This document shows positions 1 through 13,868 of a DNA stretch of 64,000 nucleotides, piece by piece. A program made the translations under genes and the position numbers. The DNA is taken from assembly GCA_964270895.1 (NCBI GenBank), contig OZ185436.1; one strand, written 5' to 3'. The notes below the pieces were generated by a model. That model worked only from the letters and a program-made list of their open reading frames with translations. It did not search any database and was not told the DNA's origin. The DNA comes from Podarcis filfolensis (lineage: Eukaryota). How positions within the stretch are numbered: position 1 is the first letter of the stretch; each line of letters opens with the position of its first letter.

Positions 1-318
1 AAAGGAGAATCCGCATTAATTTTATTTCTCCTCCCCCCTTATTGAATGAAAAGAATGGCGTGAGTTTGAGTTCAACAGTCTAACTCTATTTTGCTTACTT
101 GAAAATAAAGTAGTGAATTCATAGGGTTTACTCCCAGGTAAGTGTGTGCTGGTGTGAACTCCTCATTGGATTATTGTTTTGATGAAACTGAACCATTCTT
201 CTGTTTGTCTCTCATCTGACCCTTCGCTAGCCATATAGCTTTGCTGCTCAGTTAGGGTTCTGATTATTTTCTCCCTATTAAGCTTTCTTTCTGCTTTATT
301 ATTTTCTAGAAAGTAACA

Positions 319-3300
319 ATGGCTGCCCGCAGATTTGCTCTGAAAGCAGTAGACTGGATGGCATTTGCTGAGCGAGTGCCTCCCAACCAGAAGCCCATGT
401 TTAATGCCCTGAAAACACGCAGTGATTCTCTGGCAGCCAAGTGAGTATGTCCCAGTGTGCAAAGGGCACTGTGGAGCTATGTTTGCTAATTTCACTTTTT
501 CTTGTGTCAAATGCCTTGGTATTTGTGCAAGGTTGGTGCGATCAGGCTATGTGCTAGCAGTAATAAATTAATAGAATGCCTTGTTTGGTTATATCTTTAC
601 AAATTACTTTGCACCAGTCATTGGTTTGTTAAGCTATATAGCAGGTGTGGGGAACTTCCAGCCTGCAGTCCACATTTGATCTGTGATGCTATTTTCGGCA
701 GGCCACACTTACCTGCAATATCCTGTGTGCAGCACCCAGCTGATTGTTAAGTGTTTGGGAAGCAGTGTGCAAAGCGCTTTGTAGACCTTTTGCCCAGCAC
801 TTTCTAAGTGCCAAGCACAGGGCTTGTGAAGCTTGCTTAGGTCTGAACATGGTACTTCTCAATCACTTGTCAATCACCTGTTTGTTGGGCAGTGCAGTGT
901 GTAGGGCTGAGCAGGCTCTTTGATAGATGCTAATTCCCTGGTGACATGATAATCCAACCCACCTATCAAAGTTGGCTCCCAGGTGTGGGTGGGGAGATTA
1001 ATTCCTGGCCCACCAGGCCAAAAGGGTTCTTCACCCCTGCCATATACTCCACAGCTCTCTGCTCCATTCATTGTTGCTGAGATCAGCCTATTAAAGTGAT
1101 ACACAAATTTCATTTTGGTCTTTTTGGCAACTTTATGGCAGTCCTTTCTGCTGCAGATTATATTCTGTATATTTCTGTGATAAGCAGAATGTTAAAGGAA
1201 GATGTGCCCGGGGTGGGGGAATCTACCCCCCACCCCGGAGGGCTGCAATATATTAGGCATCGTCTCCTGGGGGCTCCATTCCAGTGGTGGGTGGAGTAAG
1301 ATGCAAAAGTAAGTGGAATATTGGGTGTATTTCTAATCTTTTTACAATAGGCTTCATTCCAGGCATGCAAAAAGCCAGAGGTTTCTATACATATGTCACA
1401 CTATCTTTCATCCAGGTAAGTAAGAGACATACAGTATTGTTGTTCAAGGATGCATTCCACCCAGGCAAAAGGACTCAGAGGCAGAGCTGGACTAATGAGG
1501 GGTGTATGGCCTGCTGAAGGGCACAGACTGGAGAAAGTCCCAAGGCCTCTGGTCCCCCCCATCCCCCACTGTAACTGATATGGTTAAAATTATCTGATTG
1601 ACATTAGTAAGATTTGAGATGTCACATGCTGTTTCTGTGTCTCAACTGAAGTTTAGTTCTTTGCCTTAAGATTTGACAAAACCCTTTTATCAGCTTTGGC
1701 AAAAGTGTATCAGTCTACTATTTTGGACTTAACTCACCAGTCATTGTTAGTGTGTATGATGAATCTTGCAAGGTTCATTGTTGCTGTTGAATAGCTGAGA
1801 ACATTGGCAGCTATGGTTAGCTATCCTTAAGGAGGGCGACAATAATGGGAGATGGCTACAGAACTAAGAATTGTATGAAAACTTGTTGAAGTTGTACTAA
1901 ATGTACTTTTCCTTCATCTAAACAGGCTTGCTTCTTTGCCAGAGAATCCCCCAGCTATAGATTGGGCTTTTTACAAGACTGCAATTGCTGATAAGGCCAT
2001 GGTAGATGAATTTGAGAAAAAGGTGAGGTTGTGTTATGCTACTTCAAATGAGTCAGAACCTAAATGAGGCACTGCATGTCACACAGTCTAGTGTATATTT
2101 TTAGGACCCATCTTACCTTTGTGATTGTAAGTTGTTTTAAATTGCTTTTAATACTGTGTTTTAGTGTTGTAACCTGCCCTGGGACCTTAGGGTGAAGGGC
2201 AGGTAATTAATAATAATGATGATGATGATAATAATAATAATAGAAATCACCCTGGGTATAGTAATTATTTCCTTCTGGGTAATTTGACACCAATGTTGCA
2301 GCTGCATGGTGCTGTGCTCATAAAAAACAACAACAGCATTTTCTTGTCTTTAGCCAATTAGTACATTTCCCACCAACTTCTGCCTTGTGGATAGGCTAGA
2401 AAAGCTAAACTTGAAGCAATAATACTGATTTTTATTTATTGTTGGATATGAACCGGGCAAGTATGTGTATCAATATAGATGGCTCCAGAGAACTTTGGTA
2501 TATAAATCCAATAAAATGAATGAATGAATGAATGTCTGGCTTTCTTCATGTGGGACAGCGATAAATGTATGAAAATGCAACCCAGAGAAGTTAGAGGACA
2601 TTGAAACATGTTAACTCTTTAAGAATGAATCTGGATGGTGTGCATTTGCACTAGCTGTATGAGAACTGTCATTCATTGAAATGACTTGGGTACTGGCAAG
2701 CAAACTCTGTAGAATCAGCTAATCTCTGTTAGTAATCGGCTAGGCTTTCAGGTGGCTTGTTCCCAGTGCAGCCCACTACTTTAGACCGGACACTTGGTCT
2801 TGACCCACACTTGGATGGAGAGGATTGAGCTAGGAGGCTAGAAAGTGCAAATCATACACTGCCACTGAGTTAAGGACCTCTTACAACTAAAGGGAAACAG
2901 ACAGGACTTGGAAAAGTTATCTCTGACTGTATATATGTCACTGACAGAATTGGACACAACACATTTAAAATACTTTCCCCTCAAATTTCACAGTTTAAAG
3001 CACTCAAGATTCCCGAGCCTGTGGATACCCAGACAGCTAAGATAGATGCCCAAGAAAAAGAGGCTGTAAGTGTGGTTTTTGTGTGCCTTTGTTCAGTTAT
3101 ATTTTGTGTATCCCACTTCGGTAAATTGTGTTAGACATTATTCCCTGCTCACCACTTACTATATTCCGCTTGTGATCGGCAATACTTCTGATTTTCCTCT
3201 GCTGGTATTTATTTATACAGTTTTTATATTGCTTAATGCAATAATAATCTCTAAGCAATCCTTGTCCGCAAACTATTGTAGTTGATGCACCAACCAAAGT

Positions 3301-4448
3301 TGTTAATGGTTACTCTGAGCCAACAAGGTCACTTGGGCTACCACTGCTATCTAGAACACTCCCGTGCTATATACCTCCTTCAGAGAGAGGGCAACCACAT
3401 CCAGATTCTGTATGCAACCCAGTTCCCAGACTTGGGAACTGCCTACTCATAGGGTCTCTGTCTTGCTAAGAGTCATTTGCAGTTTATTAGCCTATGACTG
3501 CATCCTGGTAGTGGTCTAGGGCTTGTTCAGATATTACTGAGAGATAAACCGGGATATCATTAAGATACCTTGCCCCAAATCTCCTAATAAGCATCTACAG
3601 TGGCTTCCTGCAGATAGGACTAGGGACAAAATTGTGATTTGGGGCATCCCACAGATTAACTGGCAGGATGTCAAGACACAGTCACCAATACTTTTCTCTG
3701 GAACTGACCCTGTAAGTAGGAGTGAAATCTCAATAAAGCAATACCCCGCTACTCACAGATGGTCCAGGAGGATACTGTAGCCAAAGATATCAGAAGCAGC
3801 TGAGAAACTGAGAATTAATAGGGTTGTGCTCCCCCTGTCTCTGCCCTGAAGGAGGTCATCTATTGGAGCGCCCAAGACTAAATTCTGTCCCAAAGTCAGG
3901 CCTGAACCCAAACTGGAAAGGGTAAGATTACTGGAATGTAGGGGCATGTCTAATGCAAAGGCTGCAAACCTCAAGGTGATAGTTTGCATTATTATAGGCA
4001 AGAGAAAATGCAGTTTGTGGTGCAGATGGGCGGGGTATAAATAATAAATATTATTATTATTATTATTTATTATTATAACATCACTAATATGCGAAGTGAA
4101 TAATTTGCTGTGTTGCAGGACAAGAGTGCTGCTTCTTTCATACAAGCCTCTAAGCAACGTGTTGTTGAGCATGAGAAAGAGGTAAGTTGGTGATTTTCGT
4201 GGTGTAAGTAGTCTGCTCCACCACGTTGCGTTCTCCTAATAAAGATCTGTTCTTTTTATTTTAAGTAGTCTTCTTCATAATGTACTAATGATGGGCTATT
4301 GTCTTTTCTTTTCAAGCTTCAGAAGGTTAGAAGCATGATTCCTTTTGATCAGATGACAATGGAAGATTTCCAAGAGGCATTTCCAGAAAGTAGGCTGGAC
4401 AAAGAAAAATACCCATTTTGGCCACACAGGCCTATTGCTGAATTGTAA
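319..4448 (+). CDS. ATP5PD: ATP synthase peripheral stalk subunit d (mitochondrial), 161 aa; coding exons 319-440, 1926-2022, 2994-3065, 4119-4181, 4317-4448
   Basis: Spliced translation MAARRFALKAVDWMAFAERVPPNQK...LPENPPAIDWAFYK...IPFDQMTMEDFQEAFPESRLDKEKYPFWPHRPIAEL*. All junctions are GT-AG; exon sizes 122/97/72/63/132 sum to 486 nt, as in vertebrate ATP5H/ATP5PD. Confidence 0.98.
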
Positions 4449-4511
4449 GAGCTGTCTATCCAAAAGAACTTTGCCGTATCCATCAACTCTAGAATCCCTG
4501 GGAGTATGTTA

Positions 4512-4517
4512 AATAAA
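4512..4517 (+). terminator. polyadenylation signal AATAAA of ATP5PD
   Basis: AATAAA 63 nt after the TAA stop at 4448. Confidence 0.75.
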
Positions 4518-4819
4518 GTAATTCTACAGGAATCTTAGTAGTCCTGTTTTGTCTTGTCTCTTGTTATTGATTTGTGCATATTTGCTTCGAAATAAGATCC
4601 ATAGAGTTCAGTATGGATCCCAAATAAGGCTGTGTAGGATTGTTGCCTTAAACTTCTTTTTTTGAGGATTGAAAGCCTGAGTGGTTCAGCTAAAATTGCT
4701 AATATTGGCCCCAGATTCTAACTTTAACTTGATTTTTTGGAGGACCCCCATTTGGTCCTCAGTCCTGGGCCTCCCCACCCTGGAGTGGGCAATTGGTGCT
4801 CTGATCACTGACCACGGAT

Positions 4820-5040
4820 GGCTTTAAAGGTCACCAACATTTTTGAATTGTGCTAAGAAGCCAGTAAAGTTCTTCAAGCACCATTGTAGCACATTCTTGT
4901 GGCCGGTCCAGATTAATAATGCGTCCCTTATGTTCTGGACCTGCTGCAGTTTCTGAATGTGTTTGAAAGGCTCTGCATTGTCGCCTGCAGTACATTGGCA
5001 CAAGCGTCCTTCCCCACAAGAGGGTGCAGCTAGCATACAG
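4820..5040 (-). mobile_element. degraded L2 fragment
   Basis: Similarity to the L2 segment encoding QKLQQVQN...LKAI seen at 31.5 kb and 54.8 kb. Confidence 0.6.
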
Positions 5041-5322
5041 CTAATACTAAAAAAAGGCGCTGCCTAAGCATTCAGGAACAGAACTGGAACTAATACCTTG
5101 ATCCTTAAAAGTGAGCGTAACCCCACTCAGAAGAGACTGAACACAAACACTAGGATGTGCTGGGTCACTGGCCTTGGACAACTTTTGTTGTGACTGAATT
5201 TCATTTTCACCAGCCTGCATCCAGTACTTTGCATCATGGTGCTTTCCAAACTTTGTACATTAAAAGAACACAAGGAGGTTCCACCCCACCCCTCCCTGAG
5301 CCAGGCACAAAGTGAGCTATTG

Positions 5323-5323
<1 letters not shown>

Positions 5324-5366
<43 letters not shown>
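5324..5366. repeat. (AC)n microsatellite
   Basis: Perfect dinucleotide run. Confidence 0.95.
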
Positions 5367-5369
<3 letters not shown>

Positions 5370-6189
5370 TACTCTCGATAAACTTTCTGAATGGTTCTTC
5401 AAAATGAACCATTTTGAACCATATCCGGGGTGCTTTTTAAAAAAATTAATGTAACAAAGACTAATATATCTGAGCCTGTCTTTGAGTGGATTTTTGACCG
5501 CAGTGCTAAAACACTGAAGTATCAAGAGTTTTCCAGGAATGGCATTCTGGAAACACTGTTCACCTGGCAAGCCACCACTGCAGTAGCTTTGAGAGATTCG
5601 TGGCCTTTGCCAATAAGAACTGTTTGAAAACTTTTTGCTATAAAAGTATAAATATTTAAATTGGCCTATAAGCGAAAATACCCCTATAAAAGTCTTGTAA
5701 GCCTTAATGCCATAGAGCGATATTGTGGCTTTGATCAGTGCAACTGCGATCAGACCAGGACTACGCAACTCGTGAGTCATGGAGCCAAATGCTAGTCAGA
5801 TCGATTCACATGATAATCCTGCTTTTGCTGCCTACGAAAAACAGGTTGGGTGGCCATGCTTCTGGTCATCAAGAGCACTTAGCAGGGCATAGTCCATAGA
5901 GGGTGGGTGGGGTTCTGCTTGATGGATTACAAATTGTGGAGAATAGGATTTGCCTGATGAAAGACAGGAAATATAAGCCATCTTCTCAGTGGAAGTTCAG
6001 AAATGACTTGGCAACCCCTGCCCCCCTTCCAGTTCTGTGTTTATGCACTAGTGGTAGCAATGCCAGGTTTTTCCCTAGCATGGAAAGGTGGTGATAAGGA
6101 GGATAGCAATTGTTGAATTACTGATGCCCATGAATCTATGAAAGGCATAGAAACTTTATCAGTGATAAAAGAAGATACTAACCTAAAAC

Positions 6190-7347
6190 ACCAGAGATTT
6201 GGTTTTATAACCAGTATGCTGATGACACCCAACTCTATCTGTTGATGGATGGCCACCCTGACTCGGCCCCAGACACACTGATCAGATGTTTGGAAGCTGT
6301 GGCTGGATGGTTACGTGGGAGCCGGTTGAAGTTAAATCCTTCGAAGACAGAGGTCCTTTGGCTGGGAAGAGACGATATGGGATTGGGGGGGGCAACTCCC
6401 ATCTCTTGCGGGGGTGTAATTAGTGCCAGCAGTGTCCGTTAAGAGTCTGGGTGTAATCTTCGACACCTCCCTTTCCATGGAGGCACAGATTGCAGCTACA
6501 ACAAAGGCGGCATTTTTTCATCTCCGCCAAGCTAAGCAGTTGGCTCCTTACCTCTCTCACCCTGACCTAGCCACTGTGATCCACGTGACGGTCACCTCCA
6601 GACTGGATTATTGTAACTCGCTCTACGTGGGGCTGCCCTTGAGACTGACCCAGAAACTCCAGCGGGTGCAGAATGCTGCAGCGAGACTCCTTACGGGGTC
6701 TTCGCTGCGAGATCACATTCACCCGGTGCTATACCAGCTGCACTGGCTCCCAGTGGGGTACAGGATCAGGTTTAAGGTGCTGGTTTTAACCTTTAAAGCC
6801 CTATACGGCCTAGGACCCTCGTACCTACCGGACTGCCTCTCCTGGTATGTCCCACAGAGGAACTTACGGTCTTCAAATAAAAACATCTTGAAGGTCCCAG
6901 GCCACAGAGAGGTTAGGCTGGCCTCAACTAGAGCCAGGGCTTTTTCGGCTGTGGCTCCGACCTGGTGGAACGCTCTGTCACAAGAGACTAGGGCCCTGCG
7001 GGACTTGACATCTTTCCGCAGGGCCTGCAAGACGGAGCTGTTCTGCCAGGCCTTTGGTCGGAGTTCAGTCTGACTCCCTCTCCCCTTTCATAAGAACTTG
7101 CATGAAAGTGGCCTCCCAATTTTTCTCACAGGCCCATATAAGTTCAGCACAAACAGTTGGGCCTGGTGAGCATTTAAGGTCCCCAACCCTAATCTGCGGG
7201 TTGCCATCCGATTGGATTTTATTCTGATCCTGCTCTGATTTGAGGATGTATTTTAATTGATTGCCTGATTTTATGTTAATGTATTATACATTTGATGTTA
7301 GCTGCTCTGAGCCCGGCTTTGGCTGGGGAGGGCGGGATATAAATAAA

Positions 7348-7390
<43 letters not shown>
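6190..7390 (+). mobile_element. L2-clade LINE 3' fragment with (TTA)n tail
   Basis: QYADDTQLY, LKLNPSKTEVLW, SRLDYCNSL, VQNAAARL, LHWLPV, FKVLVLTFKAL motifs; one frameshift; ends GGGCGGGATATAAATAAAATT(TAT)n. Confidence 0.93.
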
Positions 7391-7392
<2 letters not shown>

Positions 7393-7680
7393 ATACTCCA
7401 TTTTTATTTTTTGTTAAATGACATTCTTTTCAGTCATGGTCTGGCCTGAGGCACAAAGATATCACTTTCAGAACAAATTCTAAATATAGGGGGAATGGAA
7501 GCATTGCCTTGTAATGACTGACATCATGTTTAAAAATATTAAACAAGCTGAATGCCACAAATAAGGCACAGAGGAAAAGATTCAATACCATATTCCTTAC
7601 CATACTCAGTGGAACATACACCACCAAGCAATGTGGAAAAATCCCAGACAGCACCATCACATACATGGAAGTAATTTACC

Positions 7681-7800
7681 TGTAAGCTACTGTCTGTGGA
7701 CAAACAGCGGCTCCCTTGGCCAGTAAAGCAAGATGAGCGCCACAACTCCAGAGTCATTTGCGGCTGGACTTAACTGTCAGGGGTCGTTTACATTTTACCT
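7681..7800 (+). mobile_element. Sauria SINE 3' fragment
   Basis: GGCTCCCTTGGCCAGTAAAGCAAGATGAGCGCCACAACTCCAGAGTC...TTTACCT. Confidence 0.75.
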
Positions 7801-8087
7801 TAATCTACCTGGAAGTAATTACCACCGAGTACAATTGAGCTTAGTCCCAGGTAAGTGTACAGAGGATTGCACCCTAATCTGCATATTCTAATATAATAAT
7901 CACAAATGGCCTCAGCTTGGAAGACACCGTATATGAATTACAGTAGCTCTAAAGCTAAAACCAGGAAAAATAACCTAAGGCTATAATGACCAGAAAATAC
8001 ATTACATTAACTTGAAGCAAATTCAAGGGAACTTGTTTCACAAGTCATATTCACGGATGTAAATTGATAATCGAAAATGCTTTAAGC

Positions 8088-8332
8088 CAGGGGTCAGCAA
8101 ACTTGTTCAGCAGGGGGCCGGTCCACTGTCCCTCAGACCTTGTGGGGGGCCAGACTATATATTTTTGGGGGAAATGAACGAATTCCTATACCCCACAAAT
8201 AACCCAGAGGTGCATTTTAAATAAAAGGACATATTCTTCTCATGTAAAAACACGCTGATTCCCGTCCGCGGGCCAGATTTAGAAGGCAATTGGGCTGGAT
8301 CCAGCCCCCGGACCTTAGTTTCCCTACCCATG
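8088..8332. mobile_element. hAT-type MITE
   Basis: CAGGGGTCAGCAAAC...CCTACCCATG with 8-bp TSD CTTTAAGC; a second copy lies at 58806-59053. Confidence 0.85.
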
Positions 8333-8399
8333 CTTTAAGCAATGACAATGATGTAGTAGTAAGCAGCAGCAGCGAAAGGGCACTCCTAACACATTCCTC

Positions 8400-9500
8400 T
8401 TTGCCCAATCATTTTATCTACCTACGACTTAATGCGCAAGTTGCGCAAGTGAGCAACTTGTGCTCAGGCACTGTCCCACTCTGCCCCAGATGGAAGAGTG
8501 GGGGCGGGGCAGGGAAATAAATGGAAGGGGAAATGAATGTTGTGCCTGTGTGTTTATTGGGGTGGGGTTTTTTTGGGGGGGGTTAATAAAAATGATTTTG
8601 GAAAAAAAACCTAAAGGGAAAGAATGTGGGTATGCGTGTGCGTGGACGTCTGTATGAGTGAGGGTGAAGAGAGGATGGATCAATAAAGGGGAGAAAGAAA
8701 GGTGGGCCCACCCAGTTTCTGCCTTGGCCGCGCCCACCGCCACGTGCTGCCCTCCCCCTGCTCTGTTTGGCCTGGAGAGAAGTTTTTGTCCATCCCTGGC
8801 GTAACACATCACGGCCCGCATAATATGGGTGAACAAGCGTGATGATCGGGACCAGGGAGACGTCCGTTTGCTGTTCCTGGGATAAAAATCTCACACGTGC
8901 ATTCTTTCAGCCGAGCCCAGTCTGCCTGGTCGTGTGCATGCGTGCTCCTGATGCTGCTGCGCGTCTGAATTCTGGGAGGCAAGGGGAGATGCGGGCAGGA
9001 TGTAACGGAGACGCGGAAAAGCTTTGCAGCGTAAAGGCGCGCCCTGAGCACCCCAGGGGAGTGTCGAAAGCATCGTGCAAACATGCCCAATCACTTCGGT
9101 TTGTTTTCTTGCTTGCTTGCCAGGCTCTCGTCACCCTGCCCCTATTTTATATTTTATATTATTTTGGAAGCTGATGTTCCGATGTATGCCTTTCTTCTAT
9201 GGGATATTTGTCGCTGCTGCTTTCTAAAAAGCGCCATCGAGAGTTTAAGCACTAGGTAGAAATAAGCCGCGGACTTTGTCCGCAGTTTTTAGCAGGACCG
9301 TTTATACATAATGCCCGAATCAGGAAATGAACAGGTAAGGAAGATTTCTTGCAGAGCATCCTCATGGATGACCACGTGGCCTAATGGATAAGGCGTCTGA
9401 CTTCGGATCAGAAGATTGAGGGTTCGAGTCCCTTCGTGGTTGGCGTTTGTTATCTGTGAAGAAAGTTGCTGATATTTTTTCTTTCTTTCTCAGCGGGGAG
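8400..9500. promoter_or_regulatory. CpG-rich region upstream of tRNA-Arg-TCG
   Basis: Visibly many more CpGs than the flanks; GC box GGGGCGGGG, CACGTG E-boxes, TTGCGCAA palindrome. CpG density was not computed. Confidence 0.5.
9370..9442 (+). tRNA. tRNA-Arg-TCG: tRNA-Arg (TCG)
   Basis: GACCACGTGGCCTAATGGATAAGGCGTCTGACTTCGGATCAGAAGATTGAGGGTTCGAGTCCCTTCGTGGTTG: 73 nt cloverleaf, A and B boxes, anticodon TCG; T6 run at about 9475-9480. Confidence 0.97.
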
Positions 9501-10106
9501 TATATAAGGAAAGTGCAGACGTGTCTGGGTGTTTGTGCGTGTATTACATACAGAGAATATCAAGAGAAGCCCGGTGATTTCTGTAGTTCTTAAACTGCTT
9601 TAATATAAATAAGTCATGCTTTTTAACCTCTAAAGCCTTATAAGGACTGAGGCTATGCTTGCAAACCTTATTTTTAAGAGTTTGCTTTTGGTTAGACTTC
9701 TGTGCCTGTTTTGGTTTTTGGGATTTCTTTATGTTGGGTTTGTCAAGGTGTCATATCATCCTCATCCTCAAATGTTTTTGCAACGAGAGACGTGCAGTAT
9801 TCATATTTTAATAAATGATAGAATGACTGAATATATAAAGGAAATAATTGGACAAGCCTTCTGGAAAGCAGGATGTTGCCAATTAGGTGCTTTGATCATC
9901 ATTTCATAGCTGGGCTTTTAGGGTGGACCTTGTGAGAGGTAAGCTACAGTTCCATTATACTTTGTGTGTAAGGAATGTGCTTTAAAATGTATGATGCATA
10001 TACCTCCTCTCAGATCTCTTATATGCCACCTTGAACTTTCTGGAAGAAAAGATGGGATAAATGCATAACATTTCCTTTAATTATTATGTAACAGCTAACC
10101 ACATGG

Positions 10107-13100
10107 TCACATTTCACTCCTCCATTTCAGAATAATGTATGCTATAAACAATACTGAGAAAATCAGCCGAGCATAGAAAAACAGGCTCTCAGTAATAGCC
10201 ATGATCCTGTTCCATTCTGCATTGGTAGCCATTTGGCTCTTCTCGGGAAATAGCTGTTCCCTCATCTGTTTCACCTCTGAATAGATACTTCTGAGAAAGA
10301 TGTAAGCCTCTGCTTCTGCATCTTCTTTGCCTGCCAGGGCATGATCACAGGGCTCTTTCTGCTCATCTGAAATATAAAGAAGCACACGTAGCAAATCCTT
10401 AGCTAAGTTGGAGCTCTATCACTGGAAGTTCTGGGCCAGAGGTGAAGATGATATTATGGCTCAGCTACAGATGGCAAATTATGCCTTCATAAGGCTTTCT
10501 ATGATATTTGAGGACCAAACACTGCACAGGTGACATCCAGTGTCATATAGAATCAGCTGTGCAATTTTTTACTGTGCACCAAACTTACTAAGTTTTGGTC
10601 AGAACCCGGGAGAGATTAGAAAGTGCTTCCAGAGGTATTTTAAAAAGTTATATACTCAAGGGCCACAAGATGAAATAGAGATTACACAATTTTTGGAGAG
10701 AAATGGATTAGCAAAGCTGTCAGAAGAAAATAGAACAATTTTAAATGGCAAAATAACACGACAAGAGATTGAACAGGCCATCCTGAGTCTGAAACAGGGC
10801 AAATCACCAGGGCCAGATGGACTGACCTCTAACTATTACAAGACATTGAAGGATTATTTGATACAACCTTTGTTGGAGGTCAGTAATGAAATAATGGAGG
10901 GGAAGAAGGCGCCTGAATCGTGGAAAGAAGCATTTATCACATTGATTCCAAAGTCAGAAACTGAAAAGACACAACTCAAGAATTACCGTCCCATCTCCCT
11001 TTTAAATGTGGATTACAAAATATTTGCAGATGTTTTGGCACGAAGATTTAAGAAAGTTTTAAGTGAGATAATCCATAAAGACCAGGCAGGCTTTCTCCCG
11101 GGCAGACATATGTTTACTAACACAAGGAACATCATAGACATATTGGAACTTTTACAAACAAACATAAACACTAAAGCAGTTTTAATTTTTATAGACGCGG
11201 AGAAAGCCTTTGACAACATTTCTTGGAAATTTATGAAGGGGAATTTAAAAGAAATGGGAGTGGGACGGGGGTTTGAGAACGGGATTGAGGCAATATATTC
11301 AGAACAAAAGGCTAAACTGATAGTTAACAATGTGGTTACAGAAGAGTTTAAAATTGAAAAAGGTACACGACAAGGCTGCCCGATTTCCCCATTACTGTTT
11401 ATTTCGGTTCTGGAAGTGCTCCTGAATATGATTAGGGGGGACCGGTTGGTGGAAGGGATTCAGGTCGGAGCGAAACAATATAAACTTAAAGCTTTTGCAG
11501 ATGACCTAGTTCTGACATTACAGGAGCCGGAGTCTAGTTTGAAAAGAGTACTACAACTGATTCAAAACTTTGGTCGAGTGGCAGGATTTAAGTTAAATAA
11601 GCAAAAAACTAAAGTTTTGGGGAAAAACGTGACAGATATTGAGTTGGAACAGCTTCAGAAAGAGACAGAACTAAATGTGGTTAAAAAAGTTAAATACCTA
11701 GGGGTAAACATAACAGCAAAAAATCTGAGTTTATTTAAAGATAATTATGAAAAATGTTGGTCAGAGATTAAGAGAGACTTGGATAGTTGGTCAAGACTAA
11801 AACTTTCTTTGTTAGGCCGAATAGCTGCCATCAAGATGAATGTATTGCCAAAAATGTTATTTTTGTTTCAGACACTGCAGATTGTAGACAAGACAGAGTG
11901 CTTCCGGAAGTGGCAGAAAGATATTTCTAAATTTGTCTGGCAGGGCAAAAAGCCCAGAATCAAATTTAAAATATTAACAGATGCGAAAGAAAGAGGGGGC
12001 TTTGCCCTGCCAGATTTAAAGTTGTATTATGAAGCTGCAGCTTTCTGCTGGTTAAAAGATTGGTTACTTCTTGAAGATACGGATGTCTTGGATTTGGAAG
12101 GTTTTAATAATGCGTTTGGATGGCATGCATATTTATGGTATGATAAAGCTAAGATAAATAAGGCCTTCAAGAACCATATTGTCAGAAAATCAGTCTTTAA
12201 TGTCTGGACAAAATATAAAGACTTACTGGAGAATAAAACTCCGAGGTGGCTGTCACCCCTGGAGGCTAAGGCTCGGAAAAGAGCCAATATGGAGGCCAAC
12301 TGGCCAAAATATTGGGAGATAATAGAAAAGGATGGTGACAACTGGAAATTGCAGAGTTTAGAAAAGATGAGAGACAAAGTGCGAGACTGGTTACACTATG
12401 CTCAGATTAAAGAAGTGTTTAAAAATGACAAAAAGCTAGGATTCCAAGTGGAAAAGTCAAAGTTAGAAACTGAACTGTTAGAACCTAAGACTAAGGTACT
12501 TTCAAGAATGTATAACTTGCTGCTGAAATGGAACACACATGACGAAATGGTAAAATCAACAATGATAAAATGGGCGCAGGATATTGGGTATAATATTATG
12601 TTTGAAGATTGGGAAAGGTTGTGGACCTCTGGGCTGAACTTCACTGCATGTAATGCGTTGAAGGAAAATGTGATGAAAATGATGTATAGATGGTACATGA
12701 CCCCTGTTAAACTGGCTAAAATATACCATTCGTCTGATAGCAAATGTTGGAAATGTAAGGAAAATGAAGGAACATTTTTTCACCTCTGGTGGACCTGCCC
12801 TAGAGTGAAGGCCTTTTGGGAGAAGATATATAATGAATTAAAAAAGGTGTTTAAATACACCTTCACTAAGAAATCAGAGGCCTTTCTCCTGGGTATTGTC
12901 GGCCAGAGTGTGTTAAAAGAGGACAGAACATTCTTTTTGTACGCAACAACAGCAGCAAGAATATTAATTGCCAAGAATTGGAAAACTCAGGAGCTACCCA
13001 CTGTGGAAGAATGGCAGATGCAACTGATGGACTATATGCAATTAGCCGAGATGACCGGCAGAATTCGAGACCAGGGAGAAGAAAGGATGGAAGAAGACTG

Positions 13101-13825
13101 GAGGAAATTTAAGATTTATTTACAAAAATATTGTAATTTGGCTGAGTGCTGAATTGGATGCCAGTGCAGACAATTGTCTACCATTAAATTAGATTTAAGG
13201 TTGAATTATATGTCAAACCAAATTAAGATTATTAATTAAGATGAATTAAATGATAATTTGTTTGAAACTAATTTAATAATGATGTAAGTGTATGCGGGAG
13301 GTGCGGGGGAGTCCCATGTAACAATTGAGAGATGTTAAATGGACAATGATAAGTGCTTATCTAATATATGCTTTATTTGAAAACTTTAATAAATATATTA
13401 TAAAAAAAAAAAAAAAAAACAAACTTACTAAGTTTTGGGAGAAAGTGCTGGACTGTATATAGTGTCTTGTTTATAAACGGAAAAAAATTAAGATTTTCAA
13501 AGGTGAGTATGCTCTTAAACTATATACCTGTTGTATCAAAATTGACAACCGGACAGCAAAAATGGATTCTACAGTAAAAGCATGTGTTTCAAAGACATAT
13601 TGCCCATATTACATCTCTAACAAAGAGCTACATTAGATAGTCCTTTCTTATACAAATGTAAGAGAGCTCAGTAGATTCCAAATAGTATTTTCTGTTGTAT
13701 AAGTCTTGGTTTAAGTTCCACTGATACCTCTAATACTGAAGCCATGACATTTTCCTGCTGTCTAGGTAATAGTGAACATTCCAATTCTTTATTCCAATCG
13801 TTTCTTAAACTTCATATCAGACATA

Positions 13826-13868
<43 letters not shown>

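Noticed and set aside
5127-5780. 217-aa minus-strand ORF
   Set aside because: Runs through an (AC)n microsatellite, has no recognisable domain and no splice context; probably chance.
10540-13152. 870-aa ORF as a host gene or domesticated reverse transcriptase
   Set aside because: It is a 5'-truncated L1 ORF2 with poly(A) and TSD, and it lacks the endonuclease domain. The ORF-track start lies in flanking DNA upstream of the TSD.
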